Of a DNA stretch of 64,000 nt, positions 23,801-36,074 are shown one piece after another (positions within the stretch are counted from its first letter, which is position 1; every line of letters begins with the position of its first letter). The stretch spans positions 24,490,001 to 24,554,000 of the forward strand of contig OZ281495.1 of NCBI GenBank assembly GCA_965637545.1, in the 5' to 3' direction. A model generated the notes under the pieces. The model had not been told where the DNA came from, searched no databases, and was given only the letters and a program-made list of their open reading frames with translations. Position numbers and translations under genes: made by a program. Source of the stretch: Phallusia mammillata. Taxonomy: Eukaryota.

Positions 23801-26800
23801 TGCTTCGGTTTCGGCCCAAAACTTTTATGCGAGTTTGATATATTACCCATTGAAAGCTCAAAAACCATTTTGAAGCAATGTGCTGATGTAAGGAGCATGT
23901 TCTATAATATTATATACAGACCAACCAGTGAATCACATGTCAGTAAACCAGGTTGGTTTGGTGAATCCCATTGTTATTGATTTGTATCAACAAGAAATTA
24001 TTCGCTTAAATTAAAAATTAAAAAAATATTTGTATCAACTGGATTGTTGATGATTTGTATAGGAAAGTCACATTTTTTCATTACAACTTGACTTGTAAGC
24101 CATATTGAGCTTGTTATTATGGGCTTGTTATTATGGGCCCCCTTCCCTGAAGGGGACAAATCTTGATTTCACTCAGTTTTTTTTTTCTTTTTTCTCCGGT
24201 GAAGTTTGTCCATGCACTTTTTTCATGAAATCTTTGGTGAATTTGGATGAAACTTTCACAGATGGTAGATATAGTTATGCAGATGTGCCATTTGCTTTGT
24301 TTGACTTGATAACCCCAGTATTTACCCCGCTAGACCCCAAAGTGTAAAACATTATTGTATGCTGCTGCGCACCACAAACGAAAGATTTCTGTGGTGTAAT
24401 GGTATAATAAAGGCACCAGTACATATGGTACTTGTGTTTGTGCATTACTTGGTGGACGTTTTCGCACATGCCAGTCAGAGGGGTGTTAACAGCCTTATGA
24501 CGTCAGAAGCGTTGACGAATGTTGCTGACAACACCCCTAGTGGTCAGAATTTTAAACATTGTTCGATTTGGATAAAAAATTTCGTGACTGTTAATTGGGT
24601 CATCGTGGTTTCATATTCTATACTTTTGTGTGTTAAACCCCATCAGTTACCTCACTGACCCCCGAAAATGGGTTAGTTTTTTAAACAGTGTCAGAATTTA
24701 GTAAAATTTGAAATACTTGCAGAATTTGTAATACTTGCATTGCTGTGTTGTCCTTTGCAGACCTACGCCAGTAAATATGAAGAAACTGATACTTTTCAAA
24801 CATTGTCCAGTGACCAAATGACAAGTGTGCTTGACACTTTATTTGCCACTGTAAACTGGTTTCGAGAACTAATTTCTGTATTTGCATGTGAATCTGATGA
24901 TGACTTTAAATCTAATGTCCTTGATCGTCTTAAACAAGCTTGTGAGCTACAAGCAACTTTGCAACGACTGATTCCTTTGACTCCATTTATAGGTGTCAAT
25001 TGTTTTGTTTAACCCTGTAACCCTAATATTTACCCCTCTAGCCCCCTAAAAACGGTAATTTTTTTAAACATTGTCCGAATTTGATGAAATTTGGACAGCT
25101 TATAGAGTGTGCTATTTATAGTTGTTGTTTGTTATGTTCAACCCCGTCGCCCCAACATTAACCCCACTAGCCCCCCAAAATGGGTCCATTTTATAAACAA
25201 TGTCAGAATTGAATGAAATTTACATAGCTTGTAGAGTGTGCCATTTATAGGTGTAGAATGTTGTGTTCAACCCTGTTGCCCCAACATTTACCCCACTAGC
25301 CCCCCAAAATGGTTCATTTTTTTTTAAAATGTCTGAATTGAATGAAATTTGGACAGTTTGTAGTGTGGATCATTTGTAGGTGTTGTTAAACTCTGTAGTA
25401 CCTATCATTTACTGCACTAGACTCCTACAGTCATGTACAATTCACCATTAATAGGAGCTGATTGTTGTGTTTTGGCCTATTTTCTCGCTATTTAACACTT
25501 TTTTCTCAAATAGTCATAAAATAGAAAAACCTTAATAAATGTATAAATGGAATGAATATTTATTTATGCACAGTACTGATCACTGTGTTTGACAATACAA
25601 TGCCAAACTTTCTCATTGTTATGCCTTGAAATGCATTATTTACAACTTTGCACAACTAAGCTTATAAAAGACAATGGATGATATGGGACCCAAAATAAAA
25701 TAGGTGTCGGATGTAAACATATATATGTTAAGAAATAGGTCACAGTGTATGTGCAATGGCAATATGTGCTAAGCCACCCTTCTAGTTTTTGTGTTAAACT
25801 TTGTTATAATACTTTTAAAGGTGCGTGCATCTTATGCAGTACTTAGTTCTCTTGCTTACAATGAGTGCACGGATGCTGCAACACTGGGTATGAGGGATGA
25901 AATGCACATGGTACTTCAGAAACAACTTACACATGTATCTGACAAGTAGGAAACATTGCTAACACTTTTTGTAGGCAATTTTACCTTTGCCTTAATGTAT
26001 AGTACAATTTCTTACCATGTTTACATTTTCAGTTCTAATCACAATTTAAGTATTAAAGCTGTAGATTGACTTTTTGCCAATGTTTTATGTGCAATAGACA
26101 GGACTGCAACACCCCAACACAGTCAAGAAATAAATATAAATATTGTGGTGTCTTTTGATTTTCAGGTATCATCATATTGGAATCATTGGATGTGTTTCCA
26201 CCATGGTTGCAATTTCTCGCATGGATCAAAATGCAAACTTTAACAAAAGCAAGGAACTCAGCTCTCTAATGCAAACAATGAACTATGTTTTGCGTAATGA
26301 CATACTGGGATGGGCAATTTTCTATGACGAAATTTATCTGGTTACTCTGGGCAACAGTAAAATTTGCAAGAGCCTTGCCAAAAAGGTCAGTACAGATGCT
26401 AGAGTAAAGCTGGAAAAATATTTTCTCAGTGACAAGGAGGAAAGTTCTTCTTCTGCTACCAAATGTAAGTTGGACAGTGCACTTCGCTACTTTTTGCTAC
26501 CTGAAGACCAGCACTCGGAAAGTGATGTTTCGATTAAAATTGTGAACAACAACAACAAATTAAATGCCAAGCAGATGTCACCTTTGTTGTGCTCACTATT
26601 TTGTGCCATAGCAGCACTCGAAAAAACACAAAGCTCAGATCTTGGTGAAATAGATGCATTGCTGTGTTGTCCTTTGCAGACCTACGCCAGTAAATATGAA
26701 GAAACTGATACTTTTCAAACATTGTCCAGTGACCAAATGACAAGTGTGCTTGACACTTTATTTGCCACTGTAAACTGGTTTCGAGAACTAATTTCTGTAT

Positions 26801-29800
26801 TTGCATGTGAATCTGATGATGACTTTAAATCTAATGTCCTTGATCGTCTTAAACAAGCTTGTGAGCTACAAGCAACTTTGCAACGACTGATTCCTTTGAC
26901 TCCAAATGGTTATGTACCACCATTTATGGGCAGCGGAAAAAGAGAAGCAACTGTTGTATCCTGGAGGACTGTTGCCGCAAGTTCAGAAACCAAAAAAATG
27001 TCAAAAACTTTGGACTGTTCAACAATGGAACCCAAGAAGCTACAAAAAGAAAAGAAGGCAGCTGTTGCTCCTGTTGCAATAACAACTTCATTGCTACGAC
27101 CACATTTGAGAGAGCTTAATATAGATGTTTTTTCATTGTTCCAATACCCAGTGCAGTTTTGTAAAGAAAACCATGTGAACTCAACCTCTGAAGGTAAATT
27201 TACCTTTTTTATGTTCATTCAGTATCAAATATTTTAAAGCCTTTCCACATAAAAACTATACTGTACATATTTTTTCCTGATACGGCCAATAAAAAGTTTT
27301 TATTACATATCTTTTAGTTTTCAAATGTAGTTCTAGTAATTTTCCACAAAATAATGACAAGGGTGTAGTTTGACAGATTTATTATTGCAACTATTTTTCC
27401 CAGGTCTTTTTATCCTTCCTTCCCATCTTCTTTACTTACTGAACGATTTAAAGCAAAAAGTGAAACATCGACTTGTACTGAACAAACTTCCTCCTGGATT
27501 TGGTCACAAGAGTGGAGGCAACAGCGACATTGGATTTGAAAAACTCGATCAGCTTTCTATGGATGAGGTGGTGACGAAAGTTGTGAAATTAACCACACAC
27601 CTGCAGACACACTTAACTGCTTTGGCAGAGAAACTGAAAGTAGGCAATGTTTAATTGTATTTCTGCTACAATTTGTGGTGGTGTTGCTTCTTAATGTTCA
27701 TGTTTTTAACTTGAATATTTTTTTAGTTGATCGTTTATTGTGTCCTGCAACTTAAAACTTTTTATTGGGTGTTGAAAGTGATTTTTTGGGGGTGTTGAAA
27801 GTGACTAACAAGTGTAAATTGCAGAGCAAAACTGTTTCTGGCCCCGAAGATGCTGATTCTGATGACAGCATGTCATCTGTTGACTCTGGGATCTTTCTTA
27901 AGGAACACGAAACTATCGCTGATTGCTTTGAAAGCATCCTTGAAATTCTTTTGCATGTCTTGACATGGAACTGTTCCCATCAAAACACAAGGTGAGGATT
28001 TTAGCCACTAAACTTGCATTTGTTCTTGTAAGCAACTTTGCGTGTTTGAACCAAGGTAGCAAGTCTTTGTGTTCAAAGTAATGTTTATATATCACAACCA
28101 AACAAAGCAACAATTTTAAATTAATAAAAATAAATTACTAAAACTAATTTAATAAATATAAGTTTTGACATTTTTTGATCATTGCTGAATCCCTGCATAT
28201 TAAAGCACAAATACCATGACAAAAGGGGGCGTTACAACAAAACAAAAAGCATTCACTACAAATACCTGTGCCCAACAAACTATGAATACGGTGGATGGAT
28301 TATTTTACCCTAATTTAGGCAACAAAAACGTGATCCCAATATGCTGTACATAAGTGACTCAAAACTAGGTTTTAGATGTGTTTTATCTTGTATAAATATT
28401 TGTAGTCCTCAATCTCTGCTGCATCAGTTCCTTGGACAACTTTGTTCAAAAGGATCGGACTCAGCTGCTCCAGTTGACAACACTGCCATGTTATCAGGAA
28501 GTTTTCGATGTTTTGTAAATTTTTCATCGATTCTTCCCTCCTCAACATGTGGCTGCATTGTTCTGAAACTTCTCACATCGCTTCATGGTTTGGTCACAGA
28601 CAACAAATCCCAGCAAACTTGGATGGCGAAGAAAATCTCCAAAGCTGCTGATGATTTCTTGAAAGTGGATTGGAATGACTGTGCAGGTATAGACTCTTGC
28701 TGTACTAATTGTAAGCAAGTTTCACAGTCAGTTTTACCATTTGAATAGCAGTGTTTTTAAGAAGGATCACACTAGACTAGACTTAAAAAGGGCGTAATCG
28801 AAATCAAAGCATCTGCTAAGATTGCATTTATTAAATATATACAAGCCTCTTTGCAATTTTTTTTATTGACTCAAAGAATGCACAGTTTCCAACTTTTTTT
28901 AATAACCCAAGGCAGCGTTTTTTTAACTGAATACATTGTGTGTTTAAATTTATACTGTGGTTTTGTTTTGAAAAATAGCTATCTTGGTAGAACCTGGGTT
29001 TTACTCCTTGACCTAAAATATTGGTGAGTTTGTCATCTGTACTTTTTTGGAGTGCAAAAATAGGGCAACATGTGCTGAGCGTTACTTAAAGGGGGCATGA
29101 ATAGTTGGGAGTCAATGACCTAAGACAGTGGTTCCCAACCTTTTTTTGTCGCGACCCAAATACTTACCAAAATTTTGTTTTGTGGCTTCTCGCGACCCAT
29201 GGATATGCATTCTTACTATTGGGGATGTATTTTTGTTTGTAAATCAGGAATTTTTTTTCGAATACGCTAGTTTGAAAAATAAAAAACATCAAACAAAAAT
29301 TATTCGTTTTTTCGCCAAATTTAGACATTATGACGTCACAAACAGAATAATTCACTATCACGCCAAATAGCCATGAAATTGTTTTTGGGAAGCAATTCAT
29401 AGCCCTGGGAAATAAAAAATAAATTGTCACAAAAACTGGCGACCCAACAGAATTTACAAGCGACCCAACTTTGGGTCGCGACCCATAGGTTGGGAAACAC
29501 TGACCTAAGGCATATGCTGGGTACACTTAACATAAGCAAAAATTTAATACAATTTTGTTTTAGGCAACCCATCCAAAGTGAGCCCAGCTCTTCAAGCTTT
29601 TTTCGCTGCCTTTCTCAAATACAGTGAGGATCCACTATTAAGCATTGAAACATTCATTAAACATGCCCTGCCCGATATTTTGGGAGACAATTCTGAACCT
29701 AACCAAGAAGATGATGAATCACACATCACTTATCCATTGTTAACTAAAGCAAACTTTCACATACTCTACAAAGGTATTGTTTTGTAATAAAAAAATGGCT

Positions 29801-32800
29801 TTATATGTTACAGAAGTATGATTTCTTCTGCATCTTTGGTTGTTAAACTTTTGGATATTTAGCATATATGTTGCATGTAATTTCATATATTTATGGCCCA
29901 AACTGACTCGTTTTATCAAACAAGCGTGTTCCTTAAAAAACATCTGAAACATAATAACTTTGGCCGCAAGTGTTGGCTCATTTTTAATTCGTAATACATT
30001 ATCTAGGCATGTTCGAGGTTTTAGGCACAACTGCGGCCGCTATCCCAACCCCTTCCACTGCCAAGTCAAATGCATCGCGGGTTGATAACGTCGACTTGCT
30101 GCTTCGCTGGAGTGAAGCTGTAAAGGTAAATAGCAATAAACATGAAAAAAAATCTTATTACTCAATTTGCAGCACTTCCCGTTAATTCGATCTCAAACCA
30201 AAATTTTGTTTTTTACAGCGGAAATAATTTAAATCTTTGGAACACTATATACGGATCTGTTCATAAGTTTAATGGTGAAAATAACGGCCCAAATAGACGT
30301 AAAAAGCGACATGCTTTGTTCAAACGTGATATCTCACTGATGATGGCATGAGCATTTGCCGAAACGTTTGAACAATAAAGCATGTCGCTTTTTACGTCTA
30401 TTTGGGCCGTTATTTTCACCATTAAATTTACATCTTGTTTTTAGGTATTGGAAATGTTAATTCATATATTGAAATCATTTTCTTCGAGATCTACCATCGG
30501 ACCTGCTCTGAAGCACGCTAAGTCGGTTGTTGAGGTATTTCCAATTTCTTGAATATTGTTGTAACATGACAACTTGAGTGCGTTGCGCATTGTCGAGCAT
30601 ATGATTTGTTGTTTCGTGCTTTAGAGCTTCGTCCGCACAGGAATCCCTGCATGTGAAGTGACGTTTCGAGAACACCAAGATGACGTCATTAACTTGCTCA
30701 AAAAGATTCAGAGCAGCACGAGACAGCTTCAGCATCTCGCCTGTCATTCAAAGGTCCGATTCACACCATTTTAAGCTTTCCACACAGGACACAGCTATTA
30801 TAAAAATCTAACATATGTTTCATGAACACTAATAAAGGCACGGGTCATTGCCGAAACATTTAACATACTGGACTGCATGGGCGCCGGCAGAACATTTTGC
30901 AAAAGGGGGCAAATTTTGGCTGATACTTTACCGCATCAAGAATTTGTTACATTTGAAGCCATAAATCGTGTACTTCACAATTGAGTTGCCTAAAAGTTAA
31001 AGCATCGAACGATGTCACAAATCCCCACGCTGCCAATTTAATTAGGTTTGCTGCTAAATATGTTAAATTGAGGTACACTGAAATTCCAAGGGGGGGCAAG
31101 TGCCCCCTCTTGCCCCTACGTGGCGTCGCCCATGCTGGACTGGCCCGGTTTCTTTCTAAGTTTATGTTTAGTTTCGTGATTTGTGTTTTATTTGGTCCCG
31201 TCACAAGATTGTGTTTCCTATTGGAACTGTGAAGTTCGTAGACATATTGCTAGAGCTACTAATATCATACCTTACGAAGCCAAAATTTTTAAATACATTT
31301 CGATAGGTGGCGAAAAGGGTTGAAATATTAATTTAGCAGCTAAAAAGGGATAGAGTTGCGAAGTAAGTGTTGAAAAGTTGGTTTTAAAGTTAGTTTTATT
31401 GAATGTTTAGTGATAACACCTTACCATAACCTAAACAGCCCAAACCGTCAGTAATTTTAGAGATAAGCCGTTTTAATTAGGTGTTCGTGCTCTTTATGCC
31501 ACTTTGTGAAATTTAGCTAAATGTGCGGCTGTCGTGAGATATGGTGTTAGTGGATTTTTCACACACCACCTGTCTGAGGTATTCGCTTGGCCTAGGCCAG
31601 GGGTTCCCAAACTTTTTTGGTCTGTGGCCCAAATGTCTATTTAATAGCGATTCGTGGCTCACCATGCGCTGTAAATTTGGGCACAAAAAAACCTCAAAAA
31701 CAGGCGAAATGGTTTCTAGCAATTTATTTTTAATGAGATACATGCTCTTGAAATTTGGCTACAACATTAGGAATTCTTTGCAAATATTATGTTTTTCAAA
31801 ACAAAGCGCATAATATCTACAGTAAACAAAACAGTAGAATCTGTTCAAATGGCTCTGTGGCCCATTGAAAATGTCTTGGTGGCCTAGTACTGGGCCATGG
31901 CCCACGGCCCACAGTTTAGGAACCACTGGCCTGGGCCATACGTGTACAGCAGGGGTGGTCAACCTGCGGCCCTTTATTGAAGGTTATGCGGCCTGCAAAG
32001 ACGCTTGGATTTCAAATGCACTGGCAAACGAGTCCAATTATTACATATTTTTGAGCAGATCAATCCGCCCGTCTGCGACCAGGCAATATGTGGCTAGAAT
32101 CAAATGCGAATTTTACTTGTAGTTATGTATATTGAGTAAGCAAAAAAGTAAAATCACCTTGTGTTATACACAGGTGCGCCCCGCGTACTAATTTTAGCTA
32201 TTGTATTTGGCCCCACAGTAACAAAGGTGGCACATCCCTGGTGTACAGGCTGCATGTATGGTTCACAGGAAATACCGTTTTAAGTTCCACATGCAAACAT
32301 GTACTATCAACACAAATGTGATGATTCAGGTTTCCAAGGATTCTTCGCTGACGAATCACGTTCCTGCTCTCAAGCGCAGTCTTGAGACTTTTGTGTTCCG
32401 TGTGAAGGCGCTGATGGTTCTTCACAACTGCCACGAGGCTTTCTGGCTAGGAAATCTCAAGAACCGTAATCTACAAGGTATGCACATCCAGCAGGCTATT
32501 AACATTTTTCATATTGTTGATGAAGCAAAGCTTCTACCTCAAAACTACTCAACACAATTCTAAAAAAAGATAAATATTTACCGCGTATGGGTATTGTCAA
32601 TCTTTTATTAACTAGAACCTTATTTAGTTATTATTTAGACGAGAGAAATTAAAAAAAATGTAAAATATTTTATGAATGGAATCTGCAATATTTTTAGGGG
32701 AGGAAATTCTCTCTCAAATGCCAACCGCGGGCTCATCCGACGATGACAGTGATGACGTCACTCCGCAGCAGGGTGATAAAACCACAGAGCAGTCGTACAG

Positions 32801-32813
32801 CGAAAGCTACTGA
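20844..32813 (+). CDS. FANCD2: Fanconi anemia group D2 protein
   Basis: Multi-exon gene: RLILNHLRWLDF, DMPVVVKYLL, KQEAIGYLVEHI, DEMHMVLQKQL (conserved monoubiquitination Lys at 25920-25922), YHHIGIIGCVS, FATVNWFRELISVF, HVPALKRSLETFVFRVKALMVLHNCHEAFWLGNLKNRNLQG, and an acidic tail ending SYSESY-stop at 32811-32813. Confidence 0.95.
21986..22049. repeat. Short tandem repeat (aactttcaagaaagtaa, 3 copies)
   Basis: Three near-identical units separated by short A-rich spacers in a FANCD2 intron. Confidence 0.8.
24128..25785 (+). mobile_element. Helentron-associated (HINE/DINE-1-like) non-autonomous element, copy 1, in a FANCD2 intron
   Basis: Starts ttattatgggcccc..gggg (hairpin), followed by a T-rich tract, internal tandem units (ccccactagccccccaaaa...), a subterminal gggaccca inverted motif, and an end at ccacccttCTAG followed by a T-run. 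Colinear with 53590-54982. The Helentron class is an inference. Confidence 0.7.
24736..24985 (+). pseudogene. 250-bp perfect duplicate of FANCD2 coding segment 26655-26904 embedded in the intronic element
   Basis: The sequence from tgcattgctgtg to ttcctttgactcca reads identically at both positions. The translation ALLCCPLQTYASKYEETD...LQRLIPLTP appears twice in the ORF track. Confidence 0.95.
29126..29502. mobile_element. hAT MITE with gggtcgcg subterminal motifs
   Basis: TIRs cagtggttcccaacc ... ggttgggaaacactg; TSD acctaaga/acctaagg. Confidence 0.85.
30264..30430. repeat. Foldback (about 64-bp arms) centred on a minimal hammerhead motif, in a FANCD2 intron
   Basis: Arms 30264-30327 and 30364-30430 are reverse complements apart from one mismatch and a 3-nt indel. 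Confidence 0.9.
30334..30371 (+). ncRNA. Minimal type I hammerhead ribozyme motif (Penelope-like type)
   Basis: tca CTGATGA t GGCA-tgagcatt-TGCC GAAA CG TT tga: intact core boxes, 4-bp stem II, palindromic AACGTT minimal stem III, and only a 3-bp stem I. Confidence 0.55.
30876..31134. mobile_element. MITE with CATGGGCG termini (hAT- or P-like)
   Basis: catgggcgcc ... gtcgcccatg; perfect 8-bp TSD ctggactg. Confidence 0.85.
31598..31928. mobile_element. hAT MITE
   Basis: caggggttcccaaac ... gtttaggaaccactg; TSD gcctaggc/gcctgggc. Confidence 0.8.
31950..32240. mobile_element. hAT MITE adjacent to the previous element
   Basis: caggggtggtcaacc ... ggtggcacatccctg; perfect TSD gtgtacag. Confidence 0.8.
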
Positions 32814-33429
32814 AAGCTAATTTTAACCAGCTAGCTAGCCTTGTAGCAAACTGGTATTTTTGGTAAGCATTTCCACAAGGGTTCCTAATGGGATGGTGCA
32901 TTGTCCAACTTATAACTGCCCTTTTGTACATTTTGTTCCATTTGACTTTATTTGCGTGAATTTATTTCCACGTTCTAATAAACGTTCTTTCGACATAGCC
33001 CACTAACCCGAAAAAAGAACTTTCACAAGGTGTTTTGCCAAAAAATGTATTTGGCACAAACGGAGATCCACACGAAAACAGTGTCTGACAGTTTATCCAC
33101 AAAACATAGACTAACGGAGCAGATCTGCTGTTCAAGGCTGTGGTCTAACATCTTCACTGGGGCGTTTGGGTGTAAAGTCCCGGTGGTTAACCTGTATCTA
33201 ATATATGAGACGCAACTGTTACAAACCATTTATTTTTTATGCCAAAGATCGGTGCCCTGCTGTCTTGCTTCTCATGTTTTAGAGCAGCAACATTGTGGTG
33301 GGTATTAAACTATCATGGAAATGTTATACCATAGTCGTATGCCGACACAAACTCAGTTGTTATCTTCTTTAATGTGTCTCAGATAAAAAAAAAACAGAAA
33401 TTCGAAGCTACTGTTTTCTCACAAATACT

Positions 33430-33762
33430 CAGGGTTGCCAAAACCGTCCTTATTTCTAAGATTTGACCTTATTTTGGAGGCTATGTCTTTAAAAAAATGT
33501 CCTCATTTCTAAGAAGTAGCCTTGTTTTTGACTTAAATCCTTAGTTTGTTTTATTTTTATAATTACAAGTCAAATCCCTGCTACAAAGTAAAAATAAACC
33601 TGGACCTGTCGTAAGATGCACGAAGGATTTCTACTGGTAAAACTGTGGCATGTGATATGTCATGGCTCGTAAAATGCAGATTTGTTGAAAATCGTTCGTT
33701 TCGTATGAAAATTTAATTTTTCGATAGTCCTTGTTTTGGGGTCCATGTCGATGGCAACCCTG
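33430..33762. mobile_element. MITE (family of 9376-9753)
   Basis: cagggttgcca ... tggcaaccctg with gtccttatttctaagatttg internal identity; degraded TSD. Confidence 0.85.
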
Positions 33763-33832
33763 TGAATACTGCTGCTGGTTCCAAATGGGAGATGTGGATA
33801 TTTTGTTTGGTCCTGAACGTTGGAACCCTTGG

Positions 33833-35243
33833 CTAAACCAAAGTAGACGCACTGTCGCTGTCCTTTGCCTTCTCAGGGTTTGCAGTTTTCATGCGTGATT
33901 TTGCTGTGGGTTTTTCTTTGACCACATTTCGCGCAGCCGCTCGCGTTGATGAAGTGTCCGATCGGCTCGTTGTCTTAGAAATCGTAGACTCTTGCAACGA
34001 ACTCAAGTTAAGATGCAACTTTTCTGTATGCGTTGAATCAGTTTTGCGCAGGCCACCATTGCTTTTGGCCTTTTGTTTTTCAAAATACGCATGCAAGGCC
34101 CGTTGGTTTACTTTTAGATTGTTGATTTCCTCATCGCGATTAATCACTTTACCGACGTTGCAAGTGTGTGCATTTTGATAGATAGTACTCTGCATACGAT
34201 TCCATACGCTAAGTAACGTAGCCCCGGCAAATAAGATGAAGAGGATGGTCACTCCCAAAATGGCGATTCCTATGATTGCGGCCATATGATGAAATTCCAT
34301 GTACATGTAACAACCGAAACCTGTGAAAGTAACATGATTGTTGCAGTAACTTGCCTCTTAAGGTAGAACAAAGTGACAAGCACTCTTACTGATCATGAAT
34401 ACTGGAACACTTGCGACGCCGCAAAAAGTAGCCACAAATCGAATTGTCGAAACTTGCTTTAGGTATTCGATTTGTCTTAGATAAACAGAAAAGTTTTACA
34501 AACAAGTAAACTTTCAAGATTGCACATCATAAAGTAATTTAATTTTTTCTCGACTGATAATATATTTTTTCATGGTTTTAAAGCAAAATCTTGCACAGGC
34601 AAAAGCAACTGCAACAAACCTGCTAATATCCATTTGGTAATCACTGCATACTAAATAAATCTGTATGACATAAGTCCACATCGCACAGAGGCTCATTGAC
34701 GCCGAAGCAGTTGCCATGGCGATGGTGGAGTAAACAAATTCCTGAATAAAAATATAAATACTATAAAAATTCGTTGTAATGTGGTTCTAACCCTATGGAT
34801 TCACCTCATTTAGTTTCAAATTTTTACTTGGATCAAGCCATATTGACGACAAAGCATGGAGAAGCAGCACCGACAGCAAAGCAATTATTCCGCTGACAAA
34901 GCATATTATGAAGTACCCTCGCAGAAAGTCGCCGTTTCCATTCCAGTGTTTGCTAAATGCAACAAGAACGTTAAGTTTATAACTGTTGGTTTAACGATAG
35001 TAGCTCTGATTAAAAACTTTAAAGGTTAAACAATATGCGACTCTGCAGTTACGACAATAGACTACCTGTTGTTAAATGTTGCTTTCTGTGGCGTAGGTGC
35101 TCCACAATTAGGACGCATAAAACATGCATGATTTACGCAAGTTGTTGAATTAGAGATTCCCGAAAAGCTTGCTGCGTTACTAACTCCTTTACTGTCAACG
35201 AAATCCATCTACTTTTTGTGCTTCTCCACACCATCAATTGCAT
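33833..35243 (-). CDS. Four-TM membrane protein, Jiraiya/TMEM221-like (about 316 aa; start uncertain)
   Basis: Frame-consistent exons 35243(35257)-35137, 34952-34805, 34741-34620, 34475-34390, 34320-33833. Four hydrophobic segments (YFIICFVSGIIALLSVLLLHAL; YSTIAMATASASMSLCAMWTYVI; IRFVATFCGVASVPVFMISFGCYMYM; AAIIGIAILGVTILFILFAG) precede a long Ser/Thr/Lys-rich tail. TM3-TM4 resemble TMEM221 ([37 protein letters not shown]) from memory. Confidence 0.7.
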
Positions 35244-36074
35244 TAAATGTCCTTGGTCTGTGGCAATAACAAAGATGTAGTATATTCTTTTAATAAAAAA
35301 GGCTGCCATGCCCAATAGCTAATCCACTTTAATTTGTTAAATGCTCTGAAGTACTGATTGGCTGAAAAGATAATCTGCAATTTCAAAGACTGGCGTAAAG
35401 CTTCTTTGAATTGGCTACTTATAAAGTTGCTTATATTTTCACATGAAACAAAAACTGGACAAAAAACACGTATGGTTGGAAACACGGTTTTAGTTGAACC
35501 TGTTAATGGGCTTATGTTTTCAACGAGTCGCCAAAGTGTCATACAAAAGGCTCTTCAATCCCACGAATGGGAAAAACAATGGCAATTCACTCCCCAATCG
35601 TTTCCAAAACCGTAGTGTATGCTGCTGGGTGATTAAAGAATCTGGACATTGTCAAGTGAATGTTTTGTGTTTTGGATGTAGGCCTATAGGCTACTCGGTG
35701 TGAACAGCTCGGCAATAACAATTGGTACTTGAAATCCCGAGAGGCTATGTGTCAGATTTTCGCTGTTTCGTGCCCTACTTCTTTTTTGCTTATTTTTTTT
35801 ATATATTAGTAGGTTACCTGTGTCAATACAACTTAAACATTCCATGTACAAATGACCGTAAATGTAGTATTATTAGAGCCACGGGATATTAGTATTACCT
35901 GCACGTTAAAATGGTAAATGAATATCAAAGTTTGCACCCCATTTCCTACAAAATGTGGTTGGGTTAATCTTTGGCGCTCGAAGCGGTAAGTAGAAAACGG
36001 GGGGTTTGCAAATTGCAAAGATTTCTCAAAAAGTTAGCAATTTTTGTTTTCAAGTAATTTGTTTTTAGTCAGTT

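Noticed and set aside
24761-24992. Tandem exon duplication used as an alternative in-frame FANCD2 exon
   Set aside because: It is an internal slice of a large exon, lies upstream of the preceding exon, and its possible boundaries give 232 nt (frameshift). It is reported as a capture, not a functional exon.
33891-34178. Plus-strand 95-aa ORF and similar antisense ORFs over PISD, MLKL-like, FANCD2 and GPCR exons
   Set aside because: These are shadow frames of better-supported genes on the opposite strand or in another frame.
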